From assembly GCA_964426845.1 (NCBI GenBank), contig CAYRSA010000003.1:70751-134750 (forward strand): a stretch of DNA of 64,000 nucleotides, read 5' to 3'. Made by a program: the position numbers and the translations under genes. This DNA is from an uncultured Candidatus Saccharibacteria bacterium. GTDB lineage: Bacteria > Patescibacteriota > Saccharimonadia > Saccharimonadales > JAGQNJ01. Numbering within the stretch: position 1 is the first letter of the stretch; every line of letters begins with the position of its first letter. Under the pieces are notes generated by a model that saw only the letters and a program-made list of their open reading frames with translations, searched no databases and was not told the origin of the DNA. Shown here piece after piece: positions 28,296-37,700 of the stretch.

Positions 28296-29360
28296 ATGAT
28301 AAATAACATGCTATTACTTCAAAAAAGACTGACAAGTCTAGCTCTCGTTTTAGCTCTGTTAATGAGTATGCTTATACTACTCGTGCCACACAATGTATCA
28401 GCCGGTCAGCTAACAAGCCGTAAGATTGATCTTAGCACTTCAGCAGGTAACACCTCAGCAACCTGGACCTTCACCTTTACTCCCGATGTAACTACGGCCT
28501 TGAACGGCATTACCTTCCAACCCTGTACTACAGCCTCTGGAGCTTGCACTATACCAACCAGTTGGACTAACGCCGGGTCGGCTTTTAGTACTTTGACCTA
28601 CAATGGTTCTAATCAGACCGGCTGGACTTTAGACAACTCAGCAGGATATCTCAGAGCCAAGAATAACAGCTCGGCAGCCACTGCAACCGGCCCCATTGTG
28701 GCAACTTTTAACACCGTTACAAATCCCAACACTACTAACGAGACTTTCTTCGTTCGGATTCTAACTTACACAGGCGACGACTTCACCGGCCAATTAGACA
28801 GCGGAGTAGTCGCAGCTAGCACAGCCCAGCAAATAACAGTGACTGCCTCTGTTGATGAGACTTTGACATTTTGTAGCGGTACATCGGGAATTACCACCTC
28901 TAGTTGTTCTGGCGCAACCGGTTCGACGGCCGCCTTAGGCACGCTGACCTCAAGTACAACTGGTGCAGCCACTTCTCAGCTAGGAGTGGGAACCAATGCT
29001 GGTAGCGGCTATTCTATTACTATGAATGGTACCACCCTAACTTCTGGTGGTAACACAGTCACAGCCCTGGGTACACCGACAGCTTCATCGCAAGGTAGCG
29101 AACAATTTGGTATTAACTTGCGGGCTAACACTGTACCAGTCATCGGTTCCAACCCCGACGGCTCTGGTACAGGCGCACCGACAACTGATTACAACACTGT
29201 CGACAACTTCAAATTTGTTACTGGTAATAGTATAGCCAGTAACGGTGGAGCAGATCTCTTTCGGCGATTCACTGTCAGCTATATAGCTAACATCACTACC
29301 GCCACCGAACCGGGCAGTTACTCTACAGTTCTGACATATATTTGTACAGCGACTTTCTAG
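28296..29360 (+). CDS. Secreted Thr/Ser/Gly-rich protein, paralog family member 3
   Basis: 354 aa with a signal peptide ending VSAG. It is collinear with the 376-aa paralog (LTSRKIDLSTSA.., FQPCTTASGAC, LTFCSGTS..C, EQFGINL, ..TYICTATF). Confidence 0.65.
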   Translation: MINNMLLLQKRLTSLALVLALLMSMLILLVPHNVSAGQLTSRKIDLSTSAGNTSATWTFTFTPDVTTALNGITFQPCTTASGACTIPTSWTNAGSAFSTLTYNGSNQTGWTLDNSAGYLRAKNNSSAATATGPIVATFNTVTNPNTTNETFFVRILTYTGDDFTGQLDSGVVAASTAQQITVTASVDETLTFCSGTSGITTSSCSGATGSTAALGTLTSSTTGAATSQLGVGTNAGSGYSITMNGTTLTSGGNTVTALGTPTASSQGSEQFGINLRANTVPVIGSNPDGSGTGAPTTDYNTVDNFKFVTGNSIASNGGADLFRRFTVSYIANITTATEPGSYSTVLTYICTATF

Positions 29361-29393
29361 ATTTCTTTGCTATACTAGAGCAAATGGGGATGT

Positions 29394-30344
29394 ATGTTTA
29401 AGAGAATAAGCACTATTGTTCTAGTACTTGCGGTCTTGGCAATTACGCCTATTATTCATGCTCAACAAGCTAGTCAGGGGCAGGGTCTAGAGATCTCGCC
29501 ACCACTAGCCGAACTTAAAGCTGACCCGGGCCAAGTTATTCAAACTACGCTTAAAATCCGTAATGTGACCCAGCAGACACTGGTAGTTAGCTCGGAAGTA
29601 AATGATTTCACAGCTGACGGCGAGGATGGTCAGCCCAAACTGTTGTTAGAAGAAGGCGAGTCTAGCCCTTACTCGGTCAAAGAGTGGATTAGCACGATTC
29701 CAGAAGTGACCTTAAATTCTGGCGAGCAAAAGCCAGTAACCATCACGCTGTCAGTTCCAGGTGATGCTAGCCCGGGTGGACACTATGGTGTAGTTAGATT
29801 TACTGGAACGCCACCAGGACTTGAAGGTACCGGAGTATCACTGTCGGCTAGCATCGGCCAATTAATCTTGGTTAATGTTTCTGGCGACGTGACTGAGAGT
29901 GCCAAGATTGCCGAAATCTTTGCGTCGCAAAATAACGAACGTAGCGGCTGGTTTGAGTATGGGCCGATTACAATAGTTGAACGGATTGAAAACACTGGCA
30001 ACGTACACATCAAACCCTCTGGCACAGTTCGAGTAACTAATATGTTCGGGCAAGAAACCGCCAGCTTTTCTTTAAATGAAAAGGGCGGGAACGTCCTGCC
30101 AAGTAGTATTCGCAAGTTTGAACAGCAACTTGATAAGAAACTGCTGTTTGGGCGGTATACCATTCAAGTTGACGCAGTTTATGGATCAGACAGCAAAATC
30201 ACCACAGGCTCATCTACGTTCTGGGTGATTCCTTACAAATTGATACTAATGGCGACTGCAGCCATTGTGCTGATAATATTCCTGATAAAACGCTACAACC
30301 GCCATATTGTTAAGAAGGCCAGCAAAAAATCCGGCAAGAAGTAG
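29394..30344 (+). CDS. Signal peptide + two beta-sandwich-like domains + C-terminal TM/Lys-rich anchor (DUF916/DUF3324-like by eye)
   Basis: 316 aa. Its pattern resembles the WxL-interacting DUF916/DUF3324 proteins of Firmicutes: PGQVIQTTLKIRNVTQQTLVV..FTADGEDG..WIS..VTLNSGEQKPVTITLSVPGDASPGGHYGVVRF, then ENTGNVHIKPSGTVRVTN...GRYTIQVDAVYG, then a TM helix and KKASKKSGKK. TGcTATACT lies at 29368-29376. Confidence 0.6.
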   Translation: MFKRISTIVLVLAVLAITPIIHAQQASQGQGLEISPPLAELKADPGQVIQTTLKIRNVTQQTLVVSSEVNDFTADGEDGQPKLLLEEGESSPYSVKEWISTIPEVTLNSGEQKPVTITLSVPGDASPGGHYGVVRFTGTPPGLEGTGVSLSASIGQLILVNVSGDVTESAKIAEIFASQNNERSGWFEYGPITIVERIENTGNVHIKPSGTVRVTNMFGQETASFSLNEKGGNVLPSSIRKFEQQLDKKLLFGRYTIQVDAVYGSDSKITTGSSTFWVIPYKLILMATAAIVLIIFLIKRYNRHIVKKASKKSGKK

Positions 30345-30347
30345 GCG

Positions 30348-31448
30348 ATGATACATCGTGACTCACAAAAGAGGGTTCAGCGGCGACAGGCCCGTGCTAC
30401 TAAAATAGTAGTCGCTGTCGAAACATCCAAACAACATCAGCAGCCAAACAGAGCGCATATTAAGCTAAGCCATCGTCGTCATACTGGTCGGAAGCTGCCA
30501 ATTCACAGCACCTCTTATGCAGTCTTATTTTTTCTACTAGTTCTAACAGGGGTATTCCTGTTTGCTATTGGTCAACAGGCAGTTATAGCGGGCCCCCCGA
30601 TAGTTGATCAAGGCAACATAAATATTAGTGGCCTGGTACCCGGGTCGCCGCCAGCCAATCCGGCAGTTATTCTTGTGCCAGCCAACGAGACTCATTTTAC
30701 CAATAGTATTATCACAGTCTCTGGTACCTGTGAAAGTGGATTATTAGTCGAAATAATGCGTAATGGCGCATTTGCTGGTTCTCAGACTTGTGGGGTCGGC
30801 GGTACTTTTTCTTTGGAAATTACCATTATCCCTGGTATAAACACCCTAGTTGCCAGAGTTAGTGACTCACTTGGTCAGTATGGACCAGATTCTGCCCCTG
30901 TTAAGGTCTATTTGGGCTCGGTGACTCCAACAACTCCACCGAGTCCTTCATCTGGCGGGGGTTCGACAGTGGCCGCGTTACCTTTCTTGATTTACACTCA
31001 GCCTGTTCAAAGGGGAGTTTACCCTAAGCAACTCATGTCTCTGGCCTATACAATCGATGGCGGAGTGTCGCCCTATGCCGTATCCATAGATTGGGGGGAC
31101 GGTAGTCAACCAGACATAATTGCCCTGACAAAGAGCGGTATATTTGATAAGACCCATATTTATGATAGCTCCGGACAATTTGTTGTTTCCTTAAGTGGCA
31201 CCGACAGCAGGCAAAACAAAGCTACTATCCAAACTATTGTAGTCGTCAACGGCACAGTCACGCGGACAGTCAACAGTACTTTTGGACCAATAGTTTGTGA
31301 AGAAGGCGAGACCATTATCTGTACAATTATCAGCAGCACCAATATGCTTTGGCCAATCCTAATGCTGGCCACGGCATTGACCATAAGCTTCTGGATGGGC
31401 GAGAGATTAGTGCTTCATAAGTACAAGAATATTATCAAAAGTGCCTGA
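30348..31448 (+). CDS. Bitopic membrane protein with Ig-like and PKD-like domains
   Basis: 366 aa. Basic N-terminal tail plus a TM helix, then an Ig-like region (ITVSGTCESG..), a PKD-like region (YTIDGGVSPYAVSIDWGDGS...) and a C-terminal TM helix. 3-nt gap to the previous gene. Confidence 0.6.
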   Translation: MIHRDSQKRVQRRQARATKIVVAVETSKQHQQPNRAHIKLSHRRHTGRKLPIHSTSYAVLFFLLVLTGVFLFAIGQQAVIAGPPIVDQGNINISGLVPGSPPANPAVILVPANETHFTNSIITVSGTCESGLLVEIMRNGAFAGSQTCGVGGTFSLEITIIPGINTLVARVSDSLGQYGPDSAPVKVYLGSVTPTTPPSPSSGGGSTVAALPFLIYTQPVQRGVYPKQLMSLAYTIDGGVSPYAVSIDWGDGSQPDIIALTKSGIFDKTHIYDSSGQFVVSLSGTDSRQNKATIQTIVVVNGTVTRTVNSTFGPIVCEEGETIICTIISSTNMLWPILMLATALTISFWMGERLVLHKYKNIIKSA

Positions 31449-31673
31449 CATCTGTGGATAAGTAAAAGACTTAAGAATAACCGTTGTATCAAATACAACT
31501 TATAGGTTTTGCATCGTGCTTATGTTTTGTAGTAGCCGAATTTTGGTCCCAGCGGTCAAAAACAAATCGTTGTGTTTACAGCAACGATATTTTGATTGTT
31601 TTAGGATAATGTAAGAGTGGTTATTGGGGCAAAACCCCAAGCAGAGTTTTTGATTAAAAAATGTGTTTGTTGA

Positions 31674-31702
31674 TTGTCTTTTCATCTGTTAGAGCCTATA
31701 AT
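31674..31702 (+). promoter_or_regulatory. Candidate sigma-70 promoter of the giant gene (TTGTCT-17-TATAAT)
   Basis: -35-like box at 31674-31679 and -10 TATAAT at 31697-31702, about 38 nt upstream of the GTG at 31740. Confidence 0.4.
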
Positions 31703-31739
31703 TTAGGTACTAAACAACAAATAAAAACTGAACAAAAAA

Positions 31740-34700
31740 GTGCACATACCTAAACACAAACGAACACCGATATTAAAACTGCTTATTGCAGCGGTTTTGG
31801 TTGGTTTGTTGGGCATAGGCCTTAAGTCTCAGTCGTCAGTCCAGGCCGCCACAGGCATCAACGAGCAGATCAACTACCAGGGAAGACTGCTGACAAGTAC
31901 AGGGGCGGTGGTTCCAGACGGAACCTACAACATGGAGTTCGAGATTATCCAGGACGGCGATGGATGTAATCCGACTTCTGGTACACCTCCTTGCGGAGGA
32001 ACGGTGGAATGGACCGAAACTAGGACAGGAGCTGACAAGGTTACCGTTAAAAACGGTTATTTTTCGGTTTATCTGGGGTCGGTGACGCCGTTTAGTAGCA
32101 GTGTTGATTGGAATCAAGACACTCTGTGGCTGTCAGTAAACATCGGTGGTACTGGTTCGCCCAGCTGGGACGGTGAAATGGAGCCCTTTAATCGCCTAAG
32201 CTCCAGCCCCTATGCCCTAAACTCCAAAGCCTTGGGCGGTTTAACGGCCAACGACTTCGTAAAACTAGCCCAAGGATCGCAAACCGATGCATCACTGGTT
32301 TCCAGTATATTTATCAACAAAACAGGGGCCAGCGGTAATATTCTAGAGCTAGAAAATAACGGTTCCGATGTCTTGTTACTGAACAATACAGGGGCGGTGA
32401 CTTTCCAGAATACGGTTGATTCGACAACCGGCTTCCAGGTTCTTGATGCAGATGGTGGTACATCTATTCTTACAATAGACACAACGAATGAATTTGTAGG
32501 TATAGGCGGGACCCCGACTCAAATATTTGACGTTAATAGTCCGACTTCAAATACCATTAGGCTTAGGGTCGGAACAGCTCTGACTGCTAACCCTTATAAC
32601 TTAGGTACTAACAGCGGAAGTCAAATCGTCCTATCATCAGAGACGGGAACTTATCGTCAGGCTCTGGTTTTCGCAGACACACCCGGTAGTTCTGAAACAG
32701 TTTTCGGTATTGCTAGTAGCAGTAACTCCGGTTCAAACTGGACTCCACTGTTTAAAATTGCTCACAGTGGGCTAACTACGTTCCAAAATGCTACAGATAG
32801 CACGGGTGGCTTTGTTATTAACGATGCCGATGGTGGTACTCCGATACTCAATATAGATACCACTAACGAGAGGGTAGGTATAGGCACAGCCAGTCCGAGC
32901 AACACCCTGAGCGTGAATGGCACGGCTGATTTTCAGGGCCACGTCGCTGTTGGCTCCGGCGCAACTGTAAATGGCGCCTTAACAGTGGTAGATTCATTAA
33001 TAGGTGTATCAAGTCACAGTACAATACTGAGTGTTTACGAAACAACCACTACCACCGGGTCTGCTTCGGTGGGGTATGATGGCCTTTTGGTTAATAACAT
33101 CCTAAATCCATCTGGGACGGCAAGCTATGGTCAGGTTAACGGCCTCAACGGCTTCCTAACAGTGGCCTCGGGAAACGCCCAGAATATTTCAACCGGTGGT
33201 GGCACCAACGGGTTTAATGGAGGTGTTATTCACGCAGGTAGTGGGACAATTAGCGGTAACACATCTGGAGTGAATGGCGCTGTAGTTAATTCCGGCGGTG
33301 GCACACTAGATATAACCAACGGAGTGAATGCTACTATCGTACAAACAAGCGGCACAATTAATGCCGCACGTGGCATCAATATTGCTACTCCGATAAACTT
33401 CGGAACGATTACCGATAATTATGGCCTATACATCAATGACCAGTCTGGCGTTGGTGCTAGTGACAGCTACAACATTTACTCTGCTGGGGCATCCTCGCAG
33501 AATTACTTTGAAGGAGCTATTATTGCCGGCTCCGCCGACACAGTTCTAACCCTGTCTACTGGAAAGATTGACGGTGATGCTCTGACTCTCATTGCTGCCG
33601 CAGACGGCGGAGCCGGTACTTCCTCTGGTTCTGGTCTAACGATCCGCAGTGATGGAGTTGGGCTACTGCAGGGCTGCTCAGATGCCCAAGTCCTAGCCTG
33701 GGTAGAAAGCACGGATACCTGGGACTGCTCCACACCATCTGGTGGTGGTGCAAACACAGCTTTGTCTAACATAGCCAGCACCAATTTAAGCGCTGCCCTA
33801 AACGTCACTTCAGGCAATCTTAACCTAACTACTACAACCAGTGGAAACATCGTACTTAACTCGGCTGGAACCATAGAGCTTCAGGACAACACTACTATAA
33901 CCGGTACGCTGTCTGTTCAGGGAACAACTGCCTCTATCGGGGTTAATGATACAACAGGCGGATTCTTGGACATTTTTGGTAATGGAACAGGTACCGCAGA
34001 GGGCGGAGAAGCTAGACTATACCTGGCGGCAGACTATGACACATCATTTAGTTCATTAGTATTTGACGCGTACGAAGATGACTTAAGGATTCATAACGGA
34101 AGTAGCGTTTTGTTAACACTACAAGGTGATTCTGGTAACGCTGACTTCCTGGGTACGCTAACCGCCGGCTCCGCCGACACAGTTCTAACCCTGTCTACTG
34201 GAAAGATTGACGGCGACGCTTTGACACTAATTGCTGCTGCAGATGGCGGAGCTGGTACTTCCTCTGGTTCTGGTCTAACTATCCGAAGCGACGGGGTAGG
34301 ACTACTACAGGGCTGTAGTGACGGCCAAGTTCTTGCTTGGGTAGAGTCCACCGATACCTGGGACTGTACAACCGGCGGTGGCGGCGGAGCCAACACTGCT
34401 CTATCTAACCTATCTGCAGTAGCCATAAATACATCACTACTACCAGCCTCAGACGATGCTATCGACCTAGGTGACAACACCCATAGATGGCGAGACCTAT
34501 ACTTGGGCGGTGACACTCTACATATCGGTACCAGTACCTCAGACGAGGGAACGCTTTCTTACAACACCACAACCAACGTCCTGCACTTTGGCACTGATTC
34601 AACAACTAACGGCGACATAGCCTTCTTTACCGACGATTTATACCTAGACAAATCAACGGGGTTTGTCGGCGTAGGAGATGCTACACCAAATGCTCGACTT

Positions 34701-37700
34701 GAGATTAACAACGTTGGCTCTGATACTAATCCGCTTGTTGTTAATACAAATGGTTCAGCAGGTAATTACACCCCTACTAATTCCGGTATTTTTATAAAGG
34801 ATGCCTCTGGCAATGAGCTGTTACGCATTTTTGCCTCCGATCCAGACCCCACCTTTGCTAATTACAATACTTGGAATCTATACATTGGGCATGAAGCCGG
34901 CCTTAGTAACCCAACTGCCAACGCTCCGGGCTCCGGGTATGCGAATACTGGTTTAGGGTACGATGCGCTTCGAGCAAATACATACGGATCCTACAACGTG
35001 GCTGTCGGCATAAAGGCGCTAACCCTCAACACAGTAGGCGACGGTGTCACTGCAGTGGGAGCATACGCTCTAGCGGCTAACACATTGGGCGACAGCAATT
35101 CAGCTTTCGGATATGCGGCCCTTGAGGAGAATACAACGGGTGAATACAATACAGCGGTTGGCTACGACGCACTCAATGCTAATATAACTGGCGACAACAA
35201 TGTCGCAACCGGTTATTACGCACTTGCCTATAATGAAACTGGCGACAATAACGCAGCATTTGGTTACGACGCATTGGGTAATACTGGTAAACGGGTTACA
35301 GCTGGTTCGTTCGTGACAGGAGTAAGTTATACTATCCAATCGATTGGTACTACAGACTTTACGCTGATAGGTGCAGCCAGCAACACGGTTGGGCTTGTCT
35401 TTACTGCATCAGGTGCTGGTACGGGTACTGGAACTGCATCTAGTAATAATGGTAACAACGTGGCCTTTGGTTACTATGGACTGGGCGATTTGCTAACAGG
35501 TAGCAACAACACTTCCATCGGCCATAATACCGGGCTAGGCATAACCACTGGTAGCAACAATACGATTCTAGGTGCTAACGTTACAGGTCTTAGCTCGAGT
35601 CTGTCTAATAACATCATCATTGCCGATGGTTCGGGTAACCAAAGAATCAATGTAGATAATAATGGGAACGTAGGTATCGGCGATCAAACACCAGATGCGT
35701 TGTTCAATGTTGATCTGGCGGCAGGAAAACAAGTATTATTCGAGGCCACGGCTGCGCCCACGGTGGATATGGTGGCCATTACCAATAGTGGACAGGGAAC
35801 TACAACAAATGGTGTTGATGGATTATCTATCACATTTGTTAGCGGGGATGACGGCGGGTCTGATACTAACTTTGGCCTTATGGTGAATGCCACATCTGGT
35901 ACAGAAGGGGATAGCTTCGGGGCCGCACAGTTCATGCTGAATAATCAATCTACTGGCGGTGCTCAGGCGGCAGTTACTGTTACGAATGCTGATCATGCAG
36001 CAAATTCAAACACAGGGGCACTTTTATGGCTAAATAACCTAGAAACTACGGCCGATAAAGTGGGGAATTACTTGTTTATAACTACAAGTTCTACTGATAC
36101 TGCTGGTGATGCTATCGATGTGTCTGATAGTGGCCTTTATAACGCCCTCAACGTTGGAGATAACAATATAATCGGTACAACGGCTGTAGTTGATTTTAGT
36201 AACTTCGATGTCTCTTCTGCCGGCAACATCACTGTTGCTGTGGATGAAGGGCTCGATACTAACGCGACAGGCGCTCTGGAGATAGGAAAGGCCAACGCTA
36301 CTTCGCTTGACATCTGTAACTCCTCAGCCTGTGACACTGTAAATATTGGCAACTTAGCAACTGATGACGCTGACACAATAAACATTGGAGGAGATTTGGA
36401 CACTGTCGACATAGTTAGTCACGAATTCACTCGTGCCAGCGGACTCTTGAGTATAAAGAGTACAAACAGCAACGCCGGCTTGTTACTGCAAAGTGATGGC
36501 CTAACCACCGGACTGACTGGTGGTGGATTGCAACTAAGTGGTGGTGGCTACGATGATTCTGCTGACCGCGCATGCATAACTGCCGGGGCCACGAGTGATT
36601 GCGGCACTTTCACTGCCCGTTCTACAGAAGCTTCAGGAATTGCCTTCACAGACGGAAGAATTACATTTAATACAAGAGGAAGCCTAACGATCGGAAATAC
36701 TTTTAGTTTCACTGAACGAATGAGGATCGACAACAATGGAAATGTCGGGATTGGGGACGACACCACCCCCGACGACTACCTGGACGTACAATTTTCGGAA
36801 AATGCCTCGAGGGGAGTCAGAATAGAAAACAATAATGCAGGTAATGCCGCATCAGCAGATCTCCAGGCTATTAACAACTCTGGGTATGGTGCTTCATTTG
36901 CAAAGATGTCTTCAGGACACGCAGGATATAAAACATTTGCTGCAAATGACGCATTAGTATGGAACGATAACAATGCTGGCAACATTGTCATACATAATGA
37001 TTATGCCTCTGGTAACATATTGTTCTCCGCCGGTGGTTCATCAACGGCTCAGATGATCCTAACGTCCGCTGGCAACGTTGGTATAGGTGATAGCACCCCC
37101 GACGGAAAGTTTGAAGTGGAAGATACAGCTGGCTCTCTTATAACCGTCAGCCAAGCCAGCGCCGACAGTTTCGACAGAGCCAGAGTTCAAATAGGTAACG
37201 CCGGCAACGGTTTGGACCAACTGTATGTCAACGGACGATTCAATACAGCTTATCAGATGTTCTTCCAAGATTTCTTGGGTAATATAGCTACCCTTGCGGC
37301 CGACGGCAACTGGGGCAACAGCTCTTTCGATGAAATTGTGGGTACCGGTGGTACATCGCCTTCAGGCTCCATCCAGATCGTAAACACCACAGGTGTTTCT
37401 GGCGCGGCCCGACTTACCTTTACTGGTACGCTTGGCACCGGACCATGGGGAAGCAACTGGGGTACAGCCGGGATACTATTCACCGAGAGATCCCTAAACC
37501 CAGTAATGGAAGCTAGAGTAATAGCTAGCTCCAACACCGACCAGCGGGCTGTAGTAGGCTTTACCGATGTGGCAGCTAATACGACTGTGTCTGCGGACAC
37601 TAACCTATCAGCCAATGAGGCTTTCTTCCGAAAAACTGCTGCCGGTACTCAATGGGAGGCAGTGAGTAGAGCTGGGTCCGGAACGGAACAAGTTACTACT

